NCBI GenBank assembly: GCA_965112735.1
Contig: OZ218960.1
Span: forward strand, 2,480,001-2,544,000
Length of the DNA: 64,000 nt
From: Phaeosaccion multiseriatum
Lineage: Eukaryota; Protista; Ochrophyta, other classes
Direction of reading: 5' to 3'
Positions 11,439 through 26,936 of the stretch are shown piece by piece. Position numbers and translations under genes: made by a program. Position 1 is the first letter of the stretch, and every line of letters starts with the position of its first letter. Under the pieces are notes generated by a model. That model was not told where the DNA came from. It made no database searches and saw only the letters and a program-made list of their open reading frames with translations.

Positions 11439-13439
11439 ATGGCTGAGCATAGGGCCGCGAGAGCGGCCTTGAGAATTGTGGCCAGCCTCACTTCGGACAA
11501 GGCTCTGTGGGGAGTGTGCAGGGAAGTTGATGAGGTCACCTCCCGTACTCTGGTAATCAACGGTACCATGCCTGAGTGCGTACAGCTTCGTATCCTGCGT
11601 GTTCTGAAGCAGCAGAAGGAGGAAGAGGAGAGGTGCTTTCCTCCAGCATCTCGCTTATCCGAATCTACGGGTGTTACTGCTGCGACTGAGGCGAGAAAGC
11701 CAGCTTTGAAGCGTGCTCCAAGGCCGGGGTGTATGGATCGGGCAGAGCAGGAAGAGCAAAAAGAGCAGCAGCATCAGCGCAGTGAAGCGGTGATACGGTC
11801 ATTTCGCGTGACAGCTGTGAGACTTGGGGTCAGCAGGCATGAAGGTATACTTTCCGAGGCCCTGATTCCGACGGCACTGGCGCTGTTACCGGCATCAGTC
11901 AAGCGGGTGGCCTTCTCCGGCCTTTTGGCTTTTCGCAACTTATCTCTACCTGCCACGGTGGAGGAGGTGGAGACGGGGTTTTGGTTTAACCACCCCCTGG
12001 ACCTGCCTGCCTCGCTGAAGAGGATCAAGTTTGGCGATTGCTTCAATCAACACGTGATCCTTCCGTGCGGTGTGGAGGAGGTGGAGATGGGGCTTGGCTT
12101 TAACCTCCCTCTGGAGCTGCCTGCCTCGCTAAAGAAGATCACGTTCGGCGAAAAGTTTAATCAGCACTTGGTCCTTCCCTTTGGTGTGGAGGAGGTGGAG
12201 ACAGGAGAAAACTTTAACCTCCCTCTTGACCTGCCTGCCTCGGTGAAGAAGATCAAATTCGGCCGAAACTTTTTTCAGTACGTGGTCCTTCCCTTTGGTG
12301 TGGAGGAGGTGGAGACAGGATATTACTTTAACCTCTCTCTTGACCTGCCTGCCTCGGTGAAGAAGATCGCATTTGGCTGGCATTTTAATCAGCAGGTCGT
12401 TCTTCCTTGCGGTGTGGAGGTGGTGGAGATGGCGATGACATTTAACCACCCTTTGGATCTTCCTAACTCGCTCAAGAAGATCACATTTGGCGGACTATTC
12501 AATCAGCACGTGGTCCTTCCCTGTGGTGTGGAGGAGGTGGATATGGGGCATGGCTTTAACCTCCCTCTGGACCTACCTGCCTCGCTGAAGAAGATCACCT
12601 TTGGCTCGGAGTTCAATCAGCCCGTGGTTCTTCCTTGTGGGGTGGAGGAGGTGGAGATGGGGCGTGACTTTAACCTCCCTCTGGACCTACCTGCCTCGCT
12701 AAAGAAGATCACGTTTGGCTGGGAGTTCAATCAGCACGTGGTCCTTCCCTGTGGTATGGAGGAGGTGGAGATGGGACATGGCTTTAACCTCCCTCTTGTC
12801 CTGCCTGCCTCGCTGAAGAAGATCAAATTCGGCCAAGAGTTTAATCAGCATGTGGTCCTTCCCTTTGGTGTGGAGGAGGTGGAGACAGGATATTACTTTA
12901 ACCTCCCTCTTGACCTGCCTGCCTCGGTGAAGAAGATCACATTTGGCTGGAAATTTAATCAGCAGGTCGTTCTTCCTTGCGGTGTGGAGGTGGTGGAGAT
13001 GGCGTTCTGCTTTAACCACCCTTTGGATCTTCCTAACTCGCTCAAGAAGATCAGGTTTGGCACAATGTTCAACCAGCACGTGGTCCTTCCCTGTGGTGTG
13101 GAGGAGGTGGCTATGGGGCATGGCTTTAACCTCCCTCTGGACCTACCTGCCTCGCTGAAGAAGATCAAATTCGGCCAAGAGTTCAATCAGCACGTGGTTC
13201 TTCCTTGTGGTGTGGAGGAGGTGAAGATGGGGCATGAGTTTAACCTCCCTCTGGACCTGCCCGCTTCCCTGCGGACGCTTAGGCTGGGACGGAAGTACAC
13301 CTGCCCTTTGGAGCACCTGCCTGATGGCCTTGCATTGCTTTGGGTTGGGAGGGACTACCCACTGCCTTCGGATCTGCCCGAGGGGCTTGAAGTGATTCAC
13401 TACACAAACGCGCGCGCGCGCGCCCCTTCTTATCCTTAG
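11439..13439 (+). CDS. Intronless FNIP-repeat (LRR-like) protein, 666 aa, about 23 repeats of 19 aa
   Basis: Uninterrupted ORF with alternating FNLPLDLPASLKKIxFGxx / FNQHVVLPCGVEEVxMGxx units matching the FNIP pattern FNxP..LP.SL..L.FG. The N-terminus is possibly F-box-like. Confidence 0.9.
   Translation: MAEHRAARAALRIVASLTSDKALWGVCREVDEVTSRTLVINGTMPECVQLRILRVLKQQKEEEERCFPPASRLSESTGVTAATEARKPALKRAPRPGCMDRAEQEEQKEQQHQRSEAVIRSFRVTAVRLGVSRHEGILSEALIPTALALLPASVKRVAFSGLLAFRNLSLPATVEEVETGFWFNHPLDLPASLKRIKFGDCFNQHVILPCGVEEVEMGLGFNLPLELPASLKKITFGEKFNQHLVLPFGVEEVETGENFNLPLDLPASVKKIKFGRNFFQYVVLPFGVEEVETGYYFNLSLDLPASVKKIAFGWHFNQQVVLPCGVEVVEMAMTFNHPLDLPNSLKKITFGGLFNQHVVLPCGVEEVDMGHGFNLPLDLPASLKKITFGSEFNQPVVLPCGVEEVEMGRDFNLPLDLPASLKKITFGWEFNQHVVLPCGMEEVEMGHGFNLPLVLPASLKKIKFGQEFNQHVVLPFGVEEVETGYYFNLPLDLPASVKKITFGWKFNQQVVLPCGVEVVEMAFCFNHPLDLPNSLKKIRFGTMFNQHVVLPCGVEEVAMGHGFNLPLDLPASLKKIKFGQEFNQHVVLPCGVEEVKMGHEFNLPLDLPASLRTLRLGRKYTCPLEHLPDGLALLWVGRDYPLPSDLPEGLEVIHYTNARARAPSYP
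11945..13300 (+). repeat. Coding tandem repeat: 57-bp units, 114-bp pairs, 570-bp higher-order duplication
   Basis: Block 12301-12600 aligns to 12871-13170 with 19 mismatches. Confidence 0.95.
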
Positions 13440-13855
13440 GTTCATTCTCATAAGGCCTTCATCAGTGCATCAGTAGTGACGGTCTCGCCACGTGCTGAGG
13501 CAAGGGAAAGCACAAATCACATGTTACTTGTTACTTTACCTAGTAGAGATAAATCGTTCGGAGACACCCCATTGGGAGCAGGGCCCTGGTAGTGCATTCT
13601 CTGAACCCCTTGAGTATTCTCGTGATTTAGCACAAATCCGTGCCTCGATACCTTCCTTGCAATCAAAATTGTACATCCTGTTCCTCAGGGCCTTTCTTCT
13701 TACCTCCCTGTATGCTTGATTGCCTTGCTGCCTCACCGTGCCTCTCCCTGCCTCCCCTCCACCTCTCTCTCTCTCTCTTTGCCTCAGTGCCAGCCCTTCT
13801 TCTGTCCGCGTAGCTCTGCCTCCCCTCCACCTCTCTCTCTCTCTCTCTCTTTGCC

Positions 13856-16800
13856 TCAGTGCCAGCCCTTCTTCTGTCCGCGTAGCTCTGCCTCCGCATC
13901 CATCTCGGCGTAGCCCGCAAACTCCATACTAAACGAGGCCTCCCCTCCGGTCACTGAGCGCAAGTACGTTGCGTAGCCGAGCAGCTCCGCCAGAGGCACG
14001 TCCGCCCTCACGCACTGCCGCCCCCTTGCCCCCCCTTCCCCTCCTCCTCCTCCTCCTCCTCCTCCTCCTCCTCCTCCTGCTCCCCCTCCTCCTCCTCCCC
14101 TGCCCGGAGGGGTCACCTGTGCGACGGACCATTGGGGGCAGGTACACAGAGCAAACAGAGCACAAAGTCGGTCGGTCAAGAGAGGCCAGCAGATAGGAGG
14201 GAGACTGACGCTCAGACTTAGGCTCAGACTCCGGCTCAGACAGTGGAGACAGTGGAGAAGCGCCGCTTCTGCCTTGCCTGCTTGTCTGTGGCGCTTCTCT
14301 GCGGCGTTTCTCCACTGTCGGCTTGTCTGTCTGGCGGTCCGCCCGTCTGTCTCTTCTGTTGTCTGCCTGCCTGCCGATATGCCTCTATCTGTCTACTTTC
14401 CCACCACCACACGCCGACTGCCTCTTGCCTCTTTCGCCTCTCACCTGCTCAATCTCCTTAATGTTGGCTCTGCGAGCCGAGGACAGATCGCTTATGACAG
14501 GGCCGCTGGTGTTGGGCAAGTTGATCTCCACAGCCATGATCGGCTCGAGCATCACCGGACCGCCCGCCTGCCAAGAGGCACAGTCAAAGGGACAGGGGCG
14601 CCACAGAGGGGGGCAGAGGGAAGCAAGTGACCATGGGTAGGGTAGGCAGCGCGTCAATGGAGGTCCTCCTCTCAAGACGGGTATCTCTGTCTCTTACGTC
14701 TCTCTCCTCTCTCTCTCATGCTCTCTCTCTCCCTCTCTCTCTCTCATTCTCTCTCTCTTTCTCTCTCATGCTCTCCCCATCTCAGTGGGGGAGTTCCTCC
14801 CAACCGGCCCATTGCCCTTCTCCATGGAGGTTCTCCTTCGAGCATGTACATCTCCCCTCCCTCCCTCCCTCCCTCCCTCCCTCCCTCCCTCCCTCCCTCC
14901 CTCCCTCCCTCCCTCCCTCCCTCCTTCCCCCCCTTCCCCCCTCACTCCCTCCCTCCCTCTGTCCCTCCCTCCCTCCGTCCTTCCTTCCCTCCTCCCCTCC
15001 CTCCCTCCTCCCCTCCCTCCCCTCCCACCCCCTCCCTTCCCTCCCTCCCCCCCCCCTTCTCCCTCTCCTTACCAAGATGCCCTCTGCGAGTACGTGTGCG
15101 GCGGCGTACCGCACTGCCCCCGGAGTGGAGTCAGCGTCAAGACGCACGGCGGTCACCTTTGGCGACGACATTGAATGATTGAATGACGAGCACGACAATG
15201 AATTAGCGAGAGCGTGCGTGCGTTCGTGGGATACCATAACGAGCGAAAGGAGCCCAAAGCCTAGACCCCAAGCCCAGAAGGGAAGCACAAAGCCCAAAGC
15301 CCACCAACCAAAGACCCGTGAAGGTCAACGCGGTATCAATTTGTAAGGCACAACAGCAGCAGTTGGTAATACTAGATGGTGATAATACTGCCTCGGCAGG
15401 AAAAAGCAAAGAGCCAACGGCACACACAGCTCACTCACTCACTCACTCACTCACTCCCTCACTCCCTCACTCACTCTCTCACTCACTCACCCCCTCACCC
15501 CCTCCCTCACTCACTCACTCACTCACTCACTCACCGCCACATGAAGCCCCACGACCTTGGTGCCCCCCTTGGGTCCTCTCGTGCATGCATCCAAAATCCC
15601 CCCTACTAGGGCCTCTCTAAGCCCCTCTTGCCCAGAGAGGGTGTCCTCGACGTCTTGCCACAGCTCCACTGACGGTTCGCAGGCCCTTCCGTGCAGCTGA
15701 TGCCCCTCCCCCTCTTCGTGCTCCTCCCCCTCCCCCCCCTGTAGTTTGGTGAGGGTTATGTCCAGCCCTGCGAAGAGCCGCTTAGTGCCCAGCTGCGTGT
15801 CATAGTCCTGGAGGGAAGGGGAGGAGAGGGGAGGAGAGGGGAGGGATGGGAAGGGAAGGGAAGGGAAGGGGAGGGGAGGGGAGGGGAGGGGAGGGGAGGG
15901 GAGGGAAGAGAAGGGAAGGGAAGGGGAGGGGAGGGAAGGGAAGGGAAGGGAAGGGAAGGGAAGGGAAGGGAAGGGAAGGGAAGGGAAGGGAAGGGAAGGG
16001 AAGGAAAGGGAAAGGGAGGGAAGGGAAGGGAAGCGAAGGGAAGGGAAGGGAAGGGAAGGGAAGGGAAGGGAAGGGAAGGGAAGGGAAGGGAAGGGAAGGG
16101 AAGGGAAGGGAAGGGAAGGGAAGGGAAGGGAAGGGAAGGGAAGGGAAGGGAAGGGAAGGGAAGGGAAGGGAAGGGAAGGGAAGGGAAGGGAAGGGAAGGG
16201 AAGGGAAGGGAAGGGAAGAGAAGGGGAGGGAAGGGAAGGGAAGTAAGGTAAGGCAAGGTCAGGCAAGACGAGGCAAATCAGCAGCAACGCAAAAGACAGA
16301 AGAGGGAGGGGAAAGGAAGCAAGCAAAGCAGCAAAGCAGCAAGGCAGAAGCGAAAGAGAGGGGAGAAGGCAGTGGACGCAGGGCATGGCAGGTTGAGAGC
16401 TTGGAGGTCTGAGTACGTGTGTGCACACACCCTTCCCCCTCGCTCCCACTCTCCCTTACCTTCGAGAAGACTGAGTCCCCTGAGACCGACTCCCTATACG
16501 CCACATTGGCCCGTCCCGTTTCTACAGGAACTTTGAAGTCTCGCTGCAGTCGGTCCACCACAATGTCGAGGTGCAGCTCCCCTGCCGTATCGATGTCGAC
16601 ATCGATATTGACATTGACATCGATATTGACATCGACATTGACATCGATATCGAATTTTGATATAGAAACATCGAATGTTGATATTGTATATCGATATTGG
16701 GGAGAGAGAAAGACAGATGCAGAGGCGGGGAGAGAGACAAAGGGAAGAGAGGAGAGAGAGGGGCCGGTAGACAGAGGCAAAGAGAGAGGGAGAGGAAGAG

Positions 16801-19614
16801 GGAGTATCAAGCTGATTAGAGGGCCGGGAGCGCGTTGCTTCTATCGATACAGAGTTTTATCACTTTGTCGTGGGCAAGCCACAAGCGCAAACTTGAATTG
16901 CGCTGCGAGACGCAAAGACGCCTATTCGGAAGCGGATACCCACACACACACACACACACACACAACACACACACACATACACACAACACAACACAACACA
17001 ACACAACACAACACAACAACGCAACGCACCAATGCCCCTGAGCAAGGTCTGTCCGGTCTCCGGGTCGACGTCCATGATGAGGGAGGGGTCCTCTCTGCAG
17101 ATGATGGCCAAGGCCTTCCGTAGTGCCTCCTGAGGGGGGGAGGGAGCGGGCCGTTGGTGATACAACAGCAGCAGTTGGTGATACGGCCAAGGAGGAAGGA
17201 GGACATCGTTACAGGATATAGATGCTGAAAGCCGATGTGGACCATCGCGAAACGACGCACAGACATAAGGGCACACAGGCACACGCACACACACACACAC
17301 ACACGCACACACACATACACAAACACACACACTCTCACACACACACACGCACACACACTGACACAAACACACACACTCTCTCTCTCACACACACACGCAC
17401 ACACATACGCACACACACATACACACACACACGCACACACATACGCACACACACACATACGCACACACACACATACGCACACACACGCGCGCGCACACAT
17501 ACATGTATATACACACACACACACATACGCATGCACACACACATGCATATACGCACACCCCCACACACGCACACATACATGCATATACACACACATACGC
17601 ATGCACACACACACACGCACACACACGCACACACACACACACACGCACACACACACTCATACCCACCTCCTTGGCCGTGGACTCTGGCTCTACAACAAGC
17701 GAGTACACCGGAGGGGGGATGGTCACCCCGTCGAGGTGCAGCGTCTCCAAGCTCGCCCCCCGCATGGCCTTGCCCTTGCCCTTGCCCTTGCCCTTGCCCT
17801 TGCCGCCCTCCTTGTCCTTGTCGGGCAGGAGTGAGACGAGCGTGTCCCCTGTGTTTGTGTGCTTGAGGCCTACTAGAGCGGCCACCTGGCGTAAAAATGT
17901 AAGAGTGAGAAATATGTATGTACGTATGTACGTACGTACGTACGTAAGTAATTAAGGAGATAGGTAAGTCACTGAATGAATGATAAAGTATACCCACTAA
18001 CCCACCCACCCACCCACCCACCCACCAACCAACCCCACCCACACACCCACCCACCCCCCTCCCCCTCCCCTACCCACCCACCCCCTCACGCACCTGCCCT
18101 GCTCGCACCACGGGCATGCTCTCCGTGGCATCTGCTTGAAGCTGCAACAGGTCCGTAGTCCTCTCGGGTAGCCCCTGAGAGCTGTTGAGAAGCGTGGACT
18201 TGCGTAGGAGAGAGCCCGCGTACACACGACAGAAGACGAGGGGTCCGCGCTGGGGGTCGTGGCTGACCTGTGGGTTTGTTCATTCCGTGGTCGTCGTCGT
18301 TCACCAGTTGGTCGTTCGCCAATTGAGGAAGGTTTGTTCGTCCGATGTTTTTGTTAGCGGCGTGAGGAGGAGGAGGAGGAGGAGGAGGAGAGATGGATAC
18401 TTGGGGTGGCCTCCGGTTCGTTTTGAGAGCGCAGCGGCAGGCCACAGAGGATGGCAGTGGAAGGATGGCAGCGGAAGGATGGCAGCGGAAGGATGGCAGT
18501 GGAAGGATGGCAGCGAAAGGATGGCAGTGGATAGTGTGCGACTCTTGTCTCGCTCTTCCTCCTCCTCTCTGTCTCTCTCCCTCTCTTCATCTTTCCCTCT
18601 CTTACCCTATCCCTCTACCGCTCTGCCCTCCGCTTTCTTCTCGTCCTCCTCCTCCTCCCCCTCCTCTCCTCCTCCTCCTCCTCCTCCTCCTCCTCCTCCT
18701 CCTCCTCCTCCTTCTCCTCCCTCTCCCTCTCTGCTTCTCTATCTCTCTCCCGTTCCCCCTCCCTATCCCTGTCTCTCTCTCCCCCTCTTCCCCTCCCCCC
18801 CACTCCCCCCCCCCCTTCCCCGCTCTCCCCCCTCCCTCCCTCTCTCTACCTCACCTTGAAGGCCAGGGCAACGAGCTGAGAGTCGGTCGGAGACACCGTC
18901 ACCTCGCTCCCTTCATGCCCCTTCCCAAGCTCGCCCTTGGCACGGGTCTGTATGGGGGGGAAGCGTGAAGGTGAAGGGACTGAGACACAAGAAAGAGTGT
19001 GTGGTGCCTCTCAAGCACACGGGCAAAGGTACAGATGAAGTGAAGAGACTGAGGTAGCCTTGGATTTCCTCGAATTCCCCTCCCCACTATCTCTCTCTCT
19101 TCCTTTTACACTCACAGTCAAAGTCACAAGAATCAATCTCCCCTTCTCCTCCTCCTCCTCCTCCTCCTCCTCCTCCTCCTCCTCCTCCTCCTCCTCCTCC
19201 TCCTCCTTCCCCTCCTCCTCCTCCTCCTCCTCCTCCTCCTCCTCCTCCTCCTCCTCCTCCTCCTCCTCCTCCTCCTCCTCCCCCTCCCCCTGACGCACCT
19301 TTGCCGCTGCCCCTCCCAGCACCCCCCTGGGTGGTGGCCTGTCCAAGGGCCCAGGCAATAGACTACACACCGCATCAAGAAGGGGCTCCACACCCACACC
19401 CTTGAGCGAAGCGCCGCACAACACCGGCACGGCACAGCCGGAGAGGGTGGCACGTCGGATGGCCGCTAGCAAGTCACCTAATGGGTACTCGCCCTCCCCC
19501 TGTTTTGGGCGGTTGTGTGTGTGTGTGAGTGTGTGTGTGTGTATGTGTGTGTGTGTGTGTGTGTGAGTGTGTGTGTATGTGTATGTGTATGTGTGTGTAT
19601 GTGTGTGTGTGTGA

Positions 19615-19646
<32 letters not shown>

Positions 19647-22594
19647 GTTGTGAGGCGATGTGAGGGGCGTGGTGAGAGTCGTGTATGATGCGTGGGTGTG
19701 TGTGTGTGCATGAGAGGGAAGGCCGGGTAGGTGGATGGATGGATGGGTGGGTAGGAAGGAAGGAAAGAAGAAAGGAAGGAAGGAAGGAAGGAAGGAAGGA
19801 AGGAAGGAAGGGATGGAAGGAAGGGAAGGGAAGGAAGGGAGTGAGGGCGGAAGGAAGAAAGGAAGGAAGGAAGAGTAGTGTAGGCAAACCATGGCAGCGC
19901 AACGCGAATGAGGAATGACCAATGCCCTCACCTCGCCATCTGTGAGGTACTGCTCCATGAATCCATCATCCACCTCGGCCAATGACTCAAGCAGCCGCTG
20001 CCGCAGGACCTACGCAGACAGGAGAGGGTGGGGGGCAGGGGCAGTCCAGGGGCATTAAAGCTCGGCATCGGACTACCCCTCCTCCTTCCTCCTCCTCCTC
20101 CTCCTCCTTCCTCCTCCTCCTCCTCCTCCTCCTCCTCCTCCTTCCTCCTCCTCCTCCTCCTCCTCCTCCTCCTCCTTCCTCCTCCTCCTCCTCCTCCTCC
20201 TCCTCCTCTCTCTCGTCTCCTCCTCCTCCTCCTCCTCCTCCTCCTCCTCCTCCTCCTCCTCCTCCTCCTCCTCCTCTCTCTCGTCTCCTCCTCCTCCTCC
20301 TCCTCCTCCTCCTCCTCCTCCTCCTCCTCCTCCTCCTCCTCTCCCTCCTCCACCGTGCTATGCCCCCCCGACTCTTGTCGTGCTCCTCTTCCTCTTCATC
20401 CTCCTCTTCCCTGTGGCGTGCCACCCCCTCCCCTCACTCTCCACCCCTCCATCCACCCACTCACCCCCCCCCCCCCCCCCACTTCCTCACTCACCTCCGC
20501 CTCTTTCCCCACCCCTGGGATCATCTCCTCTGCTTGCTCCAGCGGCACTCTCTTTAACTCAACGGCGTCTCTCATGGACGTCTTGATCTGCTTCTGTTTA
20601 TCCCCTCCTCCTCCGCCTCCTCCTCCCCCCTCCCCCTCCACTCCATACACAATGGCCTGCATGGTAAGCAGGTCGATCATGCCAATCAAATCTGAGGCCT
20701 CCCCGAGAGGCATCTGCAGGGGCAGCGGCTGGAGACCCAACCGGTCCTGCAGCGTCGCCATTGCGTGGTGAATGTCCGCGCCCTCCCTGTCCATCTTGTT
20801 GACAAAGACGATGGCAGGTACGCTGGTCTTGCTGGCGGTGCGCCATACCGTCTCCGTTTGGGCCTGAACACCCGCAACTCCGTCGAGAACAAGCACCACC
20901 TTTTGGTGTTTGAGGGGGGGGGAGGGGAAGGGCATAGGGAGGGGAAGCAGGGTGGGCAGAGTAGGGTAGGGTAGGGTAGGGTATGGTAGGGTGGGGTTGG
21001 GAGGGAAGGGAAGGTGGAGAGGGAAGGGAGAGACGGCAGGGTAGGGAAGGGTAGGGAGGATATAGACAGGACAGAGAGGGGGGAGGGAGGGTAGAGAGAG
21101 AAGAAGGTCAAGAGGCGGAGAGGCCGAGACATGCACGCGTGCGGCGGGGCAAGAGAGAGGGGAACGCTGCTAGGTTCGCACAAGCCGCCACACAAACACC
21201 CTGTTCCCTGTCTCAGGCCCTCATCCCTAGACTCTTGTCCCTAGGCAGGCCCCTTAGTCGGAGTGTCGCAGTGCACTCACCCCGTCGAGCACCCTCACTG
21301 AGCGCTCCACTTCGATGCTGAAGTCCACGTGGCCCTGTAGATCGCCGAAGAGGGAGAGAGGGAGGGAGGCAGGGAGGAAAGGAGGAGAGGAAAGACAGGG
21401 ATAGAGAGAGGGAGAGAGGGAGAGACAGAGAGAGTATGAGAGGGAAGGTGGAGAGAAAGGGGGAGAGAGAGAGGAGAGAGAGGGAGGGGAGAGGTGGAGA
21501 GAAAAAGACGGAGTGGGTGGGCAATTGATATACGAAGGGATGAGAGCGCCATTTGCAAGGATTATTATAAGCACAGAGCATCAGTACGCGGTGCTGTCCT
21601 GACCACAGACACAGCAAAGCACAGCCCCAAGCCTCGAACCCGTCCCACCCCCACCCATCCCGCCTTGCCCTATCTAGCGGGCACCCTCCTCCTCCTCCCC
21701 TCCCTCACCGGTGTGTCGATGAGGTTGATGTGGTGCCTGCCCCACTCCAGACTGACTGCAGCGCTTTGAATGGTTATGCCTCTCTCCCTCTCCTGCGGCA
21801 TGAAGTCAGTAACCGTATCGCCGGAGTCCACCGTTCCCTGATGCCGAGTGCTCCCCACCAGGTAGAGCATTCGCTCGGTGGTTGTTGTCTTGCCGGCGTC
21901 GATGTGTGCGATGATGCCGATGTTGCGGATGCTCTCCAATCGCTGCCCCAGTGGGGGGGGGGGTTATGGGGTTTGGTGTGAGGGTGGGGGTTTGCGGGGG
22001 CGTGAAGGGTGGAGAGTGAAGGGAGCAAGTCGGTTTTATATGTAGTTTTGGTGCAAAGAGCGAGTCGGGCATCTAATTCCTGGTATGCACATGCTTGGAG
22101 CAATTCGAGCGTGTTCGGTTTGTGCAGACAAGCGCAGGGCTTGATGTTGAGAAATAGGGAGGGAGAAGGGAAGGAAGCGAGCGAGGAGCAGAGCGAGGAG
22201 CAGGAGAATGTGGGGACAGGAATGTGCAGGCTATAAAACCCCACCCACGCTCTGGTTTAGATCTCAGCATCAGTACTGCTCCATACTTGTTCCAACCCAC
22301 CTCGCGGACTGTTTGAGAGTCGCTGTCAGAAGTGGCATGGCGATATGATTTTCCCCCATGGCCTTGCCGTAATCGAACGTGGCCTCTTTGTGACTTGCTT
22401 CCGTCGCCACAGGCTCGGCTGTCGAGCTTGGCTGCCGCAGCTGTGCTAAAGTTGCGAACGAGATTGACGCCTTCTCTCCCACCTTCTCCCCCCTCTAATG
22501 ATGCACGGCACGCGCGTAGTCTCCGTCCTCCTGAGGAGTAGACAGACTCAACCCTCCGCGGGGTGCACTTGAGTATTCTAGCCACAGGACGCAT
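13856..22594 (-). CDS. GFM2: Mitochondrial elongation factor G2 / ribosome-releasing factor 2, many exons
   Basis: [44 protein letters not shown]|[29 protein letters not shown]|[24 protein letters not shown] and [19 protein letters not shown]. The start codon is approximate. Confidence 0.9.
15812..16243. repeat. (GGGAA)n pentamer microsatellite in an EF-G2 intron
   Basis: Long, near-perfect aaggg array. Confidence 0.95.
18448..18531. repeat. Six tandem 14-bp units AGGATGGCAG(T/C)GGA
   Basis: Read directly. The same motif is dispersed elsewhere in the window. Confidence 0.95.
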
Positions 22595-23254
22595 CCTTCC
22601 CCCCCGACTGGAAGCGAGCGCCCTGCTGAGAGTCTTATTGCCCCTCAATTTGTGCTGCTCCTGCTCCTCCGGCGGCTTTTCCTAACACTAGTCTGTTTGG
22701 TTGTCATCCTCTCCTCTTTTTTATCCACCAACGCTTCTTCTGCTCATCCTTTCCTCGCTTCGCTGTTGCTTCCTCCGCCTCTGGCCCACTTTTTTTTCTC
22801 TTTTCCAATCTGAACCAGCAAGGTCGCTACCGTAGGAGCAGAGGTGACAGAGGAGAATCCAGAGCGCCAAGAGAGAAAGAGAGGTTACCGCGTTGGTGGC
22901 CCGCGAAGCCGCCAGTTGTTGGGCAGTTGACAACAAACCGGCAAAGAACACATATGGCAGAACTTAACAGAGCCTCGCGCTGATTCCGCCTGGCCCTTCA
23001 GAATCGCTGACAGCGGCTTTCCTTCAGAATGGTGTGTGTTGGCTCCCCCCCCCCTCTCTGAGTTGAAAAGCTGTTGCGATTAACTCAGAGAGATACAAAG
23101 TACCATTACAATACCATAAGTTGAATGCCTGCGGAGAAGATGTCCCATCTCGATCCTCTGTTCCAATCCCCCCGTGCCCCTCCTCCCCCCCCCCTCCTTC
23201 TCCTCCCTTGTTGTCCCGGGCCGCCGCCCAACGTAGTCCGGCACCACCACGCTC

Positions 23255-26936
<3,682 letters not shown>

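Noticed and set aside
11945-13300. CRISPR array or DGR interpretation of the FNIP repeats
   Set aside because: The repeats are in-frame coding units with no spacers. No cas or RT gene is in the window, and the changes are not restricted to adenines.
15523-17866. Long FPSLP, GREGK, HT and CV repeat ORFs
   Set aside because: Stop-free microsatellites inside EF-G2 introns.
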